DNA of 63,383 nt, counting the filler, from Choristocarpus tenellus KU-1152 (taxonomy: Eukaryota > Protista > Phaeophyceae), in NCBI GenBank assembly GCA_964200185.2. It is 7 parts of 7 records of this genome, joined end to end, with 100 filler letters (N's around TTAATTAATTAA, not from the genome) between each part and the next. Parts side by side here need not be neighbours in the genome. Positions count along the whole stretch, not along the records: positions 18,051 to 27,862 come from CAXNAD020003370.1; positions 27,963 to 35,570 come from CAXNAD020005882.1; positions 35,671 to 39,730 come from CAXNAD020016421.1; positions 39,831 to 46,378 come from CAXNAD020007886.1; 3 more parts are not named here. One strand, written 5' to 3'. Positions 26,133 to 40,100 of the stretch are shown one piece after another (position 1 is the stretch's first letter; the number at the start of each line of letters is the position of its first letter). Below the pieces are notes generated by a model. That model saw nothing but the letters and a program-made list of their open reading frames with translations. It did not search any database and was not told where the DNA came from. A program made the position numbers and the translations under genes.

Positions 26133-28013
26133 CTGTATACAACAAGGTCCGGGTCCGGGTTAGGGTTAGACTTAGACAAAATAAGGTGCAGCAAACTACC
26201 CACATAAGAGAAGATCACTTTTATCTAAACTTTGAGGAGAAGAAATCGCCAGAGTCGAAGCTATGGCAATTTGTATCTCCTATCAGGTGCCTTAACCCAC
26301 CCATGCCTCAACTTACGTACTTGAAAATATTGTTTCAAACCTGACCTAAAATGCAAAGGAGAAGGTTGGCAGGCATGGCCACAGGATATCATGCTTGGGG
26401 CATTTTCTACTCTTAGAAAAAAATATCAACTTAGGATGTGAGACCTACATGCTGATACCAAACACATGTGGAATCACCAACTGCATGCGGCAACAGCATT
26501 GAAGTGGTAAATCTTCTGGTTATAAACTTGGTGAGTGGGAGTTCTATATATTTCGAGCCAGGGCAAAAAAATGTTGCTGACCTTCCCCTGCCCATATACT
26601 CCCTCATACACTCATCATACACATGCCACTTAGTAACAGCATCCTCAAGTTGTCACTCCTGTTGTCATACTTGCACATGAGAGGGATGCCTTTGCCTCTT
26701 CATCTTTATCTCCAATCCCTCCCTAATCTGGTCCTCAGTCAAGAACATTTTCTTGTGAGACATGTTGTCCTCTAATGTACATATTCCCTCTGTCCCATAG
26801 GTCTGGCTGTTATGGTTTTTGTAATTTACTTTTTTCAAATGTGAGATTCAGAAACTACAAATAATATCATTTGGAAGCCAACAACTTCAGATCGCATATT
26901 AATATCTTCAAAATGTTTTTCATTTCAAAATGGATGAGAAACCATCCCCTGAACACAAATGTTTCTTTCGGAAATGGCAGATTTAGCTAAAGTAGCAAAA
27001 CCGGCCAAAAATGGCTGGAAACGATGGTAAATTGTGAGACCTCTGATGAAGACGCGGTTGGTTGCTTTGGCTTCCTTGGAGTTTTTTCCACTAAATTAAT
27101 ACTCATGATATTCATTCTCCCCCTCAAAATCACCAAGTTGTGACTGCATTGAAAGCACCTCCGTCCATGGGGATCAAGTGATTCAGAACACCCTCAGGAG
27201 AAAAAGAGAGTTTTGCTTTAGTTTCTTTCGCTTGACCATGTGGCAATATATCGATCCGAATCATTGACTAAACTGAAAAAACTTACATTTCTATTTACAT
27301 AAAGCCAAAATTTCACTGTAGACCTAGAAATTGAAAAATATATCTAAATTGACGATGAAAACAAATGTCCAGTCAAGTGTATCTCTATATCGTCATAATA
27401 CAGTGTTATACAGCGGGTGAAAGCCACTAAAATGGAGCATTGACTGAAAAGTATAGACAAGAAAGAGAGCAAAGGCAGGCATACAAACAGAGGGATAGAT
27501 AACTCAATCTTTACTTACATCCAAAGCCTGTACAACAACAAAGAAAACTCTAATCAGTTAGTGCAGTGGCCCTAAACCCGATAGTAGTCCTTCGATAACC
27601 CTAACCCTAATTCAAGTTCATGCACACAAAGTAAATAATAAGTAAATAATAATACTAATAATAATACTAATGATAATACTAATGATAAACGTATAGAGAA
27701 CACCGATGGATAAATACTGTTGCTCTTTATATTACCATGTTACAGTTGGGGACACACAAAAGAAACTTAAACTGCACCACCACAAATCTGTTGCAATGGG
27801 AACAAAGATTGCCCTTTACCCTCTTCACCAGTCCTAACACCCCTGGCTCAAAGTATCTGGGGNNNNNNNNNNNNNNNNNNNNNNNNNNNNNNNNNNNNNN
27901 NNNNNNTTAATTAATTAANNNNNNNNNNNNNNNNNNNNNNNNNNNNNNNNNNNNNNNNNNNNACTCACCCCCCCCCCCCCCACACACACACACACACCCC
28001 GACCAACCCATAC

Positions 28014-31000
28014 CGCATCTTCATCATCAGCAGCATCCCCCTTGGCTGCTGCCTCCGCTGCAGCCATTGCTGCCGCCGTCTCTGCATCCGGCCTGCCCTC
28101 GGTGCTTATGACCCATGAAGCCGGAATCTCATCCACCTTAGCCTAGCAAATTATTATGTTGGTCGATGACAAACAAAATCAACATTTTACAGCCCGGTTC
28201 TCCGTTGGGATTATAATAGGTTTCTCCACACAGATTTTTTTTTTAAATCACCCACCGAAAAGTAACTACTACTAAAAAACAGTACAAAGATTGAAAAAAA
28301 AAGAAGAGATAAGCCTTTTTTTCTGACACACACACACACACACACATTGTTCTTTTCATCGCTGGAGACAAAAAATATTAAGAAACTCGAGTGTTCCGAG
28401 CCGAAATAACTGACCGTCGAAAAAAAAAAATCAAATCGGAAACAATTTTTTTCAGTCAAGTCAACAAAAAATGTTGGCACCAAGAGCCGGGTGGCAGGTG
28501 CCACCAACAGGCAAGAGGTCCTCCGGGGTGGTGAGGGGTTCCACCTGAGGTTCAAAATTTTGACTTACACTCACTCGTTTCTGGGCTATCTCTCTCTCTC
28601 TCTATCGGCAGAAGCACAATCTCCTGCAGTATCTGAGACAGACTGCTATTGCTCGTGTTCTTGTCACGGAGGCTGAATAAAACTTATCTGACAGACTGAC
28701 TTCAAAGAGCGAAGACAGTTCTGTAATATTTTTTTATGCAACTCTTTTTTTGCTCTTCGGCAGAAATTTCTGGGCGCGTGCACCGTACATAATAAAAAAT
28801 AAAAATAAATAAAAATAAATAAAACGGTCCGAACAGAGCACAGACAAAAAACACAGCAAACCAAAACAGATCTGTATCGCTTCCAAGTTAACGGCAGTAC
28901 AATAAAGAAAAACAAAATTATTTCAAAATCGATGACGACCTCAGTGAAAAAAAAAAAAGTCGCACACAAAATGAAAAGAAAAAGAAAAAATTATTACGGT
29001 CTCGGTTATTTCTCAATGAGATAAACTGAGCCAATCGAACCTTTACAGTTTCATCACACTAAAAAAAAAAAATGGTGGCGTTGCGACCTGTAGCTTCTCA
29101 ACAGCTACAATTTGAACAAACCGCGACCAATCAAAAGCAGAAATCGAGGGGCGAAAGTTGTTTTTACATCAGATATTTTCTCACACTTTCATACAATGTG
29201 CATTCATCCAAGGAGTCCCGCGGTACTGCTCGGCACTGCACTCAAAATTTGATTAGAATAAAAAAAAACGGGGATATTTACAGTGCTTCTCTTACTTTTC
29301 ACAGCAACAATACAAAAAAAAGCATATAAACATACACTACGTAGTCTATATATATATATATATATATATACATATATTTGTTAAAAAAAATAAAATTAAC
29401 CAACAAATTGCAACACAACAAGCATGCAGCATCCGAAGGGCCACATGCCATGCTCATACCAATCAGGTCACACTGCACAACAGTCAAACTCTTATCTCAC
29501 TCAAGACGTTCAAATCAGTCCAGACAAATCATCCCGTGACCCCGAAAACCTCTCTCCCCCACCCCTGCATAACAAAAGACCACCTTGTTGAAGTCCAGGG
29601 GACGGTCAGCAACACCTCGTTTGAGTGCTCTGACAACCCGCTTCCATGACTGGCATGCCAGGTTCCTCTGTTCCGTTTCCAGGCCTTTCGCCCTTTGACA
29701 TATTGACATGTCCATGACGAGTTCCACACAAGCAAAGGAACAAAACATCGCTTCTGAAATCATCTCACATTCTTACATAGTTTTTTTTTTAGTACTGTAT
29801 GTTGGGGTTGTACTTTATGTTGGGGTCTGTCCATCACAACATCAAAAAAATAATATCGTCCATGCAAACGTGAATACGCAATGCTAAAAGATAAAGAAAC
29901 AAGATTCGATTGGCTCTATCACTTCCATTCTTTTATATTCCTCTCTGTCGAACCCCTCTCCACATACACACACGCACACTCGCCCCTTCTCACTCCAAGG
30001 TTAACATCTAACCTCAGTGCCTCTCTCTCCTGATGCATCTGATTCATGGTGTCAATGAACGGATCCATCACCCCCGAGACACGTTTAGTCACATTTTTCA
30101 ACTGCTCTTGGAGTTCTTTGAGCTCTCTGGACACCTCAGTCTCTTCAACAGGAAGGGAAATGCCCTGTGAAAGAGGAAAGGCGGTCAGAATTTGACAAGG
30201 GGGAAAGCGGGGGAGGGGGACTGAAAAGATGTAAGAATATAACATATATGCCCTTAGCGTACCTCTTCCTTAGATATAATCTTGAAGTCCATGGGCTCGG
30301 TGTCCTTCACAGTGTTAGCAGTGTTAGCCGCAGCCGCTTCAATGCCATCAAGCAGCAAAGCTAATCCCCCACTGAGAGGCCCGTCATGCCCTTGAGCATG
30401 GCCAGCCCCACTGTCCACTTTCACTGGAGCTGTAGCCTCAGTCACTGCCTCAGAGCCCCCTATAGTTACAGAGCATTCCACCTCAGCTTCAACCAACATT
30501 GGTGTTGTTTCAGTGGATGCCTCAGAGTCTTTGACTTCCCCCTCAGTAGAGCCATCCACCTCCACATCCACCCCCATTGGAGGGGCAAAGCAAACTTCCT
30601 CATCATCTTTCTCCAGTATGGAAAACTTCTGGAGAGCTACATACATTCTGCTCGGTCTACCACTCTCAGCACATTCCCCTGCCCAAGAGTCAGTCCCAGA
30701 GCCAGTTCCAGAGCTGGCCCCAACCCCAGCCACAGCCCACCCCTGCAATGACGCCTGGAGAGGCTGTGATTGCTGGTTTTTGAGCAAGCTGGACTCCATA
30801 CCTGGATCAACACGACGCCACTGATTTCCTCCTGCAACTCTCTCAGTGTCAAGTTCCATCTCCTCAGCCTCAGATTTTGTCATGCACACTAAGAATCGAC
30901 AACCAGCCCGAAGGCCATCCTTGTCCAGGACCAGTCCCACCTGATTCTCCCCCAACAAGTCGAGAACCATGGGCAGGGATTGAAAAGGAGCATGAAAAAG

Positions 31001-34000
31001 GAAGGGGAGGTGAGGGTAGGAGGGGGGTACAGGCCGACTGCATGTTGGTTGCATTAAGAACTTTTTTTTGTGTGTATCCATAATGGAAAGTATTTTTTTT
31101 ATGTTTCTGTTCGAGAGTACTACTTCACAATCATCAACCAATGACCATTCCTCTCATCGGCACCATCACAAACACACACGCATACATACACATTCACAGA
31201 TACAAAATCCTCAACATTGGTGTCCAGCAAAAAAAAAATATATATATATATGAGCTGTATACGTTGCTGAAGCAATGCAGTGCCCATCATCTTGTCTCTT
31301 ACCTTTCCCCACCACTTTCACCCCAGTATAAAAAAGATAGTAGAAAATCATTCAAAAGCAAGGAAAGCACCTCCCTCCACCAGTCCTAAATCATAATTTG
31401 ACCTCTCACCGCCTTTTCAACACGCATCTCACCTCTGTCGCCCCTTCAGGAGGAGGCCGCTCTATCAAGCTGGGCGCGCTTGGTCTTGGCCTTGGCACAC
31501 GGAAGATACTATCACCATCTCCCCTAGGGAGGAACTGTGGTCAGAACAAGTTAGGGTTGGAATTGGGATAGGAACTAGTGTTCATGATATAAAGTGGATG
31601 TGGCCGGTTGCATTTAAACTATCTCAACAAACAACTTGCGATTTAGATTTAGAGTAAAAAGGTCAAAGGGCGTAGATGAAAAGGACCTATACACACTCAA
31701 ACGACAAAAGAGTCCAAAGGATCAGCACCCATAAGAGTCACGAATAGGCATCAATCAAAAACGGCAAAGGCAACGTGTGACTTATCACCATGTTAAATTC
31801 CAGAGTAGAAAATTGAAAAGCCAATGTTGTACTGATTCTGTTTCCACCTACACAACATAAACACGCTATGGGAAGCTCAACCTCGGAGCAGCACCGACAG
31901 GCTCCTCAGCACCAGAATTTAACAGAGGAGGACATGGTCAAAAAGCAGTAGGATGACTGAACCCAACGTGCTAGAGGCAAGGCAAGCATGGAAGTACTGA
32001 AGGCACTCGCACTGCTGTACCAAGGCGCAGTTGAAAAGCCTCTGACCACGGGTCATGGTAGTCTAGGCCCAAAAAAGAGCAACAGGTGATGACAAAAGAT
32101 AAATACAAACAAGTAGCTGGAGTAACGTAGAACGTCACAATGGAAAATTGCTCCTGTTGTTGGGACAGGACAACAGACAGCTCCTGGAGCCATTGGTTCT
32201 GTAAGGTCTGTAGTCCAGCACTACACACAAAGCTATTACTTGCTCCATAGCATCTGCTCTCAGGACACCCACTCAAGCCCATCTGCGCCACGGCGTCCAT
32301 TGTCAGGACATCGTTATGGCCATTTTCCTCTACAAAACCAATTGTCTAGAATGCCAGAATACCAGGTTGGAAATGGTAGAGGTAGTAGACTCAGTGCAAG
32401 ATATAAAGGATAAGAGTCAAGGGAATCTAATTTAAATATACAGTATAAATTTATTCTAAATACCAACTACACCCTGGTAGATGTTAGTACTGAGAAGTCA
32501 GCAACAGGAGATACTGGGTCTCCCAGCCAGGCTGAAAAAATTTTAGCATTGAAATAAGTTTCAAAGATTCCTTCGCTGGGACTGGGCACTCTGAATATAA
32601 TCATTGTTAGCTACAGTAGGGAATGCCATTGGGGCAGGGTTGAAATTGGGAGTAGCATTAAGCTTGGGCTTAACTAACATACTTTTGTTCCATTTTAGGT
32701 GTTACAAAGGGATAATATGGAGCTGGAAGGGTTGAACCTAAGGTTTAAGGCTGAGACTAGGTTTGAAGGTATAAACAAAGCAAGCCAAATGAGCAGTGTA
32801 CCAGTTTCAACTACTAATATACATCATGGCCAGACAACTGTTGAAACTGTCCTCCTTAAGGACAAAAACTACCACATACAGGCTCATAAACAACCCAAGG
32901 CACACACACCAACTTTAACTCTTCAATACAAGGCGTGTTGTGACAAGAAGGAACTCAAGCACTATCCACTATTTTCTCATAGCACCAAAGAGTTCATGAA
33001 TGTAACCCTCACATCCATATGCGCCACGCCGCTAATCCAGTCCGGACCGTGGTCCTCGCCATGATAATCAGCAACAGCACTCCAGAAGTGTTCAGAGTCC
33101 ATGGGCAGGCCCATTTGCTGACCAGGCCATTCCTGATATCATGATTGGAAGGGGGGGGGGACACTCAGTAGGCAATGGAGGGCAAGATGGTACAGCAGAA
33201 GGCATATTATTGAAATGAGTAAATGGAATAAAAAGACCACAACAAGAAAAAAGAAAAAAAATAGAAAAAATAGGATGACATGTTTCACTGAAGTAAGCAC
33301 ACAGAGGCACAGAAGGGAGAGCTAAGCCCTGCCTGCACCCAGTGGGAGTCCCATGCATCACTTTTACTTTTGTGTAAAAAACCATATCAGTAGAGTACAA
33401 TCATGCCTGCTTACACATTCTGTTAGTACTCCTTCACCAACGTCTCTTAAAGACGCACGTATATACTTCATCCGCACGTAGCAGAACAAATCGTCAAAAA
33501 TATCAGGCTTTTTTTTGCCACCTTTTTTTTTTAAGTAAAAACACATACGCATTAACAAAAACACAGCAGAGTGCGGCAAAAAGTACTCACCTTTTCAAGA
33601 ATTTTAAAAAAAAACTAACAAACCTGGATCATATGAGGCACATTTCAAAAGAACATACTCCACAATATATATATATCATGGAATTGTTCGTTGGCAGCAG
33701 TGGACTCAAAGCTTTATCAGGAAACCTCTTATTGAAACATTACAGCGAAGCAGGGAGGGAGAATAGGATATCAGTAGGAATGCTCACCTTGAACGTGTAG
33801 AGTCGTGGCCTGTTTTTAACCCCTCTGCCCCCACCCCTGCTGCCACCATCGCTGTTTCCAGAAGAATTTCTCGAGTTCCGGCTACCCACAAAGGCGACTT
33901 CATCGTCGGAGCTCTGCGTCTCTCCTGGCAATATCTGTGAAGGAAATTTGCGGGGCAGGGGGGGGGGAGGGGGGAGGGCTTTGTTTGCCAGATCATTCTG

Positions 34001-34613
34001 GATTCCCAGAAAATTCTTTAAAAAATCTATGGATATGTCTCAGCATTTACACCTCTCAACTCTTGCAGCTCCTGCGGGTACTCCATTGATGACATATGCA
34101 TCAATTGGTGAGTACCAATCATTGAGTTCTCTACATCAAGTTCCACTCCTTCTGTTGCACCAGCGTTGACCATAATTTCTACACACAGGGGGGTTTCAAC
34201 AAACAATAGCATAAAACACAACGGTTTTTATCTCGAGAACCAGCCTGTGTCACAGAAACACTTCACACAAACACACCAAAACACCAACACGTGAAGTCCC
34301 AATCGCCCACCATATCTCTACACTTCACCAAACTGTCACAATAAAAAAAAAACAAGGGCCAAGACCCAGTTGAAGAAATAAGTACACTGGCTATCTTGCC
34401 TGCATGCCGCCATGCAAAACCTACCTTCTTCTTGCTCTTCTTGTTTTCCAACCTTCCTCTCCCAGCCCTTCCCACCCCACCACCACCTGCTGATGCCCCA
34501 GTCCACCCCACCCCTGGAAGGTCGCCAAAGTTGTTCTTCCTCCCCCTGCTTCTAGCCTTCGACATGCCTGCATTCTCCATCAAGCTAACAAGGTCTTTCG
34601 TCAGTTCTGATCG
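28014..34613 (-). CDS. Internal part of a large multi-exon protein, possibly a chromatin/HAT-complex component (ADA3-like motifs, coiled coil)
   Basis: Exons 34613-34425, 33934-33788, 33132-33013, 31534-31433, 30940-30263, 30164-30013, 29692-29584 and 28136-28014 are phase-compatible with GT-AG boundaries. They contain a basic NLS-like ENKKSKKK, HFWSAVADY and the coiled coil EVSRELKELQEQLK. The function is speculative. Confidence 0.65.
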
Positions 34614-35670
34614 CTGTTGAATTTGCTGTTGAAAAAAAGGTTTTCAGGGGGATTGGGGGGGGGGGGGGGGGGCAGTTGGGGCAAGGAAAAGAATTGTTAA
34701 TATACTTTTAATTCATTATCTCACCCAAAGAAAAGGGGCTAAANNNNNNNNNNAGCTAACAAGGTCTTTCGTCAGTTTGGATCGCTGTTGAATTTGCTGT
34801 TAAAAAAAAGGTTTTCGGGGGGATTGGGGGGGGGGGGAGCAGTTAGGGCAAGGAATAGAATTGTTAATATACTATTAATTCCCTATCTCACCACAAGAAA
34901 ATGGGCTAAAAATGGGCTTAGGGTTGAAGGAGAACAGGTTTTGAAAGAGCTGGGGATTGAAGCTCATAGCTCCCAAGCCACATAGGATTTTTAGTATGGA
35001 TGGAGTCATGACTAGAACTGGGGCTAATCCTAAGGTCAAAGGAGAGGAACTGGCTTGTGGAAGAGGATTAAATGTAGACAATGCTGGGGTGAAGGGATGG
35101 ATATTTGTTATGAAATCACAGCAGAGCAGGAGATTAAGGTTAGGTCGCACCTACCAGCACCTTCACCAAAAGTTCCGAGTACTGGCCTCGTTTCTAAATC
35201 CAATCTATCGCTCCTATTAAACCCCAAATTGATTTTTCCATGCTACAGAGCCCAATATTAACAATGCAATATTTCTTGAAAAGATTCATTAAAGCACCAA
35301 GTGTTACGAAGAGTCAGCAATGGGGGTAGTGTTGCCAGTATCTACAATGTAACTATAGAGGAAGAGGTCCCAATCGGAGGGGAGGGAAGGGAAACAAAAC
35401 AAAGTTCCAAGAAAAAATCACTTACACGTCTTGTCTACTACATCAACATTGACAGACTCTGGCAGTCCTCTTGCACACCCATTAACAGTCCAAAGCAGAC
35501 AAATAGCACTCTAGAAAAAAAAGGGGAGGGGGGGGAGGGGGGGGGGGGGGGGGGGGGGGGGAGCGGGAGGNNNNNNNNNNNNNNNNNNNNNNNNNNNNNN
35601 NNNNNNNNNNNNNNTTAATTAATTAANNNNNNNNNNNNNNNNNNNNNNNNNNNNNNNNNNNNNNNNNNNN

Positions 35671-35720
35671 ATTGACCCCAAATGGATAGCCGCCACCCCC
35701 TCCCAGATACTTTGAGCCGA
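35671..35720 (+). mobile_element. Right end of a MITE-family copy at the contig start
   Basis: CCCCAAATGGATAGCCGCCACCCCCTCCCAGATACTTTG matches the right end of 51014-51189. Confidence 0.75.
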
Positions 35721-36760
35721 TACAAGATATGGTAGGATTGAACTTACATCTAGATGGGTTTATTTGTGCAACGAGGATAATTTTGGTATGTATAGGCATG
35801 TGTGCGTGAAGGTATGTACCCCTATATAGATCCTACCACATGGCGACTTCACCCTTGTCCGCATACCCAGCGGGGTTAGCTGGTAGCGGCTGTGCCCCCC
35901 CAACAGCTGCTGCCTGGTTCCCACAGGTAACACTCTGGCAATCCACATTATTTGAGGCATACAGTGGTGTGACATACTCAAGGTGACCCCTCCATTGCCC
36001 TGGTCGTAAGCTCCCCTTTCTCTGGGACAGATATTTTGAATTCGAAAAGTCAAACGACAAATTTTGTCATGAGCAGTTGAAAAGACGGAATTGGTGTACT
36101 CTGCACGCACCCAATGCGTTTTGCCTTCCCGTGTTATAAGAGTCGCGCAGCACACCTTCCAGAAGGTCATCTACAAGAAGCAGAGGCTACCCTGTATTCA
36201 GCCATCTTCTAGGCAGAGAGTTTTGTTGGCTGAGCGGATAATGCTGGGCAACAAGTTTCAGGAGGGTAAGATACTATCAGTAATATCCTGGAGTAAACAG
36301 CATACAATTTCTCTTTCCAGTTACACACCAACCATTCCAACTTTCAACACAAACTTCGGAGTGAGATAACATGACGACATCACATTTGTTCCTGGTGCCA
36401 ACTGCAGAGTACTGAACATTTTAATGAAGCATATATATATATATATATATAATGTACCCGAAGGGTGTCAAGTGCCAAGGAAACTCTCATCGTATGATCG
36501 GCTGGAATCCCATCCTCTCAGCTTCTTCCTTCCTATCTTGTCTGCTGTTGAAAATGTACGTAACATATAGGCAGGGAGAAGTGCCGAACTGGCTCTTTCA
36601 AAAAGATCTTTTTGTACTGGCGCACTGATACACTGATACTCTACCCCAGTTCCCATTTTCTGTGAGTTGAAGGCTGAGGCTTTACAGGTTATCATTTTTT
36701 TTGGTGAAGTTGGGTAGGGTGGTCATGGTTTCGTTTTCTTGGGGCAGAGAGTGGCAAAGC

Positions 36761-37130
36761 GGTATTCTGGCGACTCTTGTTGATATCAATGAGGCGAAGG
36801 AGGAACTGGCTGGGGTTTGCCAGGAGATTGATAAGACCAAAGAGGAAAAGTTGTAGCATGAGAAGGAGGTGCTGACCGAGAGGGCCAAGATCAAAGAGAA
36901 GCAGCTGCAGCATAAAACGGAGCTGATGATCGAGAGGATCAAAGTCAAAGAGGAACGCTGCAGTATGATAAGGAGCTGGTGATCGAGAGGAGCAAGACCA
37001 AAGAGGAGCAGCTGCAGCATAAGAATGAGAAGTTGCAGCGTAAAAATGAGACGCTGGTTGAGAGGGCCAAAGAGCTGTTTCTGCGTCGCGAGAAGGAGAG
37101 CTGAGGCATGAGAAGGTGTATTTTTCGCTA
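36761..37130 (+). pseudogene. Decayed coiled-coil ORF built from 54-bp (18-aa) tandem repeats
   Basis: Units start at 36833, 36887, 36941 and 36994 (KTKEEQLQHKxELxIERx). There is one in-frame TAG and one 1-nt deletion. Confidence 0.65.
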
Positions 37131-40100
37131 AGTGACTACAATGTTCATGGGAAAGAATCCAGTTTCCTCACCTTTTAGTTTGATCTGTACATATTAATGA
37201 GTTCAGTTCTTCGGAAAATTTGGTGCCAGATTATACAGCATGGCCATCTAAACTTATCCTTATTTTTCTCACTGCCGCCATAATCGGATTTAAATCTTGT
37301 TTGCACAGGTCAGGATGGGTTGGATGCTTATTTCATTGACAAGGATATTGTGCAATCAGAAGTTAGAAAATATGAGGCACATTTCATTGCAAACGTGTGG
37401 ATGGGGGGAAAGGGGAGGGAATAAAAAGTAGGAGATGATAACAAACAAAATGCTAAGAAAGGCGGGGAGGAGGCAAAAAGAAAAAGGAAGGGTAGATGGG
37501 AACTTTTGAAGTGCAATTTTAGTGTCTGAACATACTTTGGTTGTTTGGGAATAGATTGATGTGGAACAAGGAAATTAATGGAGCATTTATGAGACGACGG
37601 GGTCATTTTCTATCTAACATTTATTTGCCAGAACAATCACGAGATTGAAGGACAGTGGCAAAAATTTGAATCATTTTTATCACTCATTTTTTTTACTTCT
37701 GATTTTGAGAGGGTAGCACAAGAGTAATTTTTCATGAAAGTATACGTAGAGTCTAGTAGATGTGTATCACCCGTTTAATTTTGAGATGTGTGAAGACTCT
37801 AACTCAACACCTAATTTTGGTATTCTATTTTGTCCTATTCTTGTTGATCGATGAATTCTGTGTGCTAACTTTATGATAAGAGGGTGGCCGGACTTTTGAA
37901 AAGCCTCCTGAATCCATTGAGCAACTTGACGCTCCCCCATTGTTCCTGCCTTGCCGGCTGGAGAAGTACCAAGAAAGAGAGGCTGGGGATCTTAACAGAA
38001 TTCACCTGTCTCATTTGCACTTGTGCAGAGGAGGGAAAAAAAATACGGCCTGTTCTCCAGTGGACAAGTCAAAAGAGTCGGTAGAAGCTAGAGGGGGAAG
38101 GAGCTTGGGTGGCCCAGGTGCCCGAGCTGAATATAGACTATTTGAGTCAGAGCAAGTACCTGGGACTGTGTCCATTACAGAAGATGATGGTCTTGCCGGG
38201 TTAGACACTTTACGAACTCTCAGGAGTAGTCATCGTGACTTAGGAGTGGCAGCACCCTTCAGCCCGAACAGGCTGGAGATAATACTTTCTATTTTCAAGG
38301 GCTAGAGCAAAGCTAACTTTGAGGTTTCGAGAGTAGGTTCCCAGCTCTGCAGGTACTTGAGGGTTCGAAAGACCTGTCTGCTTGGTTTAGGGACATCGTT
38401 GGTTGAGATTTTGTGAGGCCGATAAGCGATGATAAGTTAACAGGATGTAAACGTAAATATACACTTTTTCCGAGGTCTCACCTTTGTACCTGTTTGTTGG
38501 CCAAGACATTGTTGTCCATATGTTTAGTGATTATATGTGGATTCTTCGGTGGAGCTCTTGTTAAACTAGCCTAAGGGTTCAAGTAGGGCAATGCACGAAG
38601 AAGAATGTGAGGCGGTTCCTATGACGTTGCTGTTCTATTTCCTGTCCAAAGCTTCACGAGAGGTGGGATGAAGAGGTGAGACACCACTTACTCAATGGAG
38701 TTGTGTATGGAGTGACTGGTTTGTTGTTGAGTAGTCTTTTCTTGTGTTCTGAAGGAGAACGAGTTCTGGGGCTAGAAGGAGAGGGTTTAAGTAGTATGTG
38801 GGGTTGGGGGTTGGTGATTTGAAACGTTGAGGATGAAGCACAGGATGTACTCCGAGGTTGCCACGTGGAAAAGGATAGTAAGTCATATTGCCATGAAGAT
38901 AAAGATGCTTTTTGTTTAATGAGTGCAAAAAGTCTTCCTAGAAGAGAGTTAGGGTTGGCAGTGATAGGGTTAGCATCCTTCGCCTCAAATCCAAGAAAAA
39001 TAGAACTAGAAGTCAGTGAGTACTGCACAAGAAATGTTTGTATTGTGAAATGAAAGATGTTGTGAGTCGAAGCATGTAAGAGCGCAAGTTAAACTGGGTA
39101 GAAATATTTTGATTTGCGTGATTATTATCTAATTGTACACTCTTGCATACAGCACACTAACTGAAGCCAAAGAATATTCAAGATCCATGAGAGGAGCGTA
39201 TAGCGCGCATTCGCACAAAATGTGTATCAATCCAAATCTATTTTTGGTTTCGATTATCCACGATTTGATCAAATCGCTTCGATTTACAACACTAGAAAGG
39301 ATTGAAGGTCTAGTGACCATACACACATCAAGTCAAATGACTCAAAAAATGTTTCCATGTAAGTACTGAATGTTGCTGTGGGGCATCCAAAGTCAGAGTA
39401 TATTCCACCAGAGTTTGCAGCGCAAATATCTATCGAATCTAACCTGTCCGTATTCTATGTCGATTTTCTTTTTTTTAAATGGTGGCGATAAATTTGCCAA
39501 GACTCTAACATGACTAACAAATATTCTTCTTTTTTTTGTCAGATCAAGTATGAAAATCCATTCGAAAGTTTCAACTACACATGTTGGGGTGATACTGATA
39601 TTCAGTACCTATTTCTGTCTCCATAGAGTGAAGTTTATATATATACATATAGTACGCATTAATAACAGCGGATTTCAAAAATTGAGGATGGAGCTTTTCA
39701 TTGAGGATGGGCTTGACCCAAAATTGACTGNNNNNNNNNNNNNNNNNNNNNNNNNNNNNNNNNNNNNNNNNNNNTTAATTAATTAANNNNNNNNNNNNNN
39801 NNNNNNNNNNNNNNNNNNNNNNNNNNNNNNTTAGTGCAATATATTTCTCCCCCTTGAATTTATTTTTTTTTCTCCAAGAACGTATCAAGCTCATGGAGGA
39901 TGTTTTTTTTTTTGCAATATTGCGTTCCATATATCATATTGCTTTTTATTATTTTTATTTGTGGAACTGTCGTGCTCTGATCTATACAGACAGGCCTGTG
40001 GTCATAACAGTGACGCAAGAAGGTGTTTGATGTAGCAAGGAAGATACTATATGTGTATCAAAATTGTCAAGTTAAAATCGACCAATCAAAATCGACAGAT

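Noticed and set aside
12687-34613. A single giant minus-strand gene, or a kinase-glycosyltransferase fusion
   Set aside because: The glycosyltransferase has its own stop at 19438, and the three segments lie on different contigs separated by artificial gaps.
34584-34912. Tandem duplication including an exon acceptor
   Set aside because: The two copies straddle a 10-N gap next to poly-G, so this is probably an unmerged contig overlap or an allelic copy.
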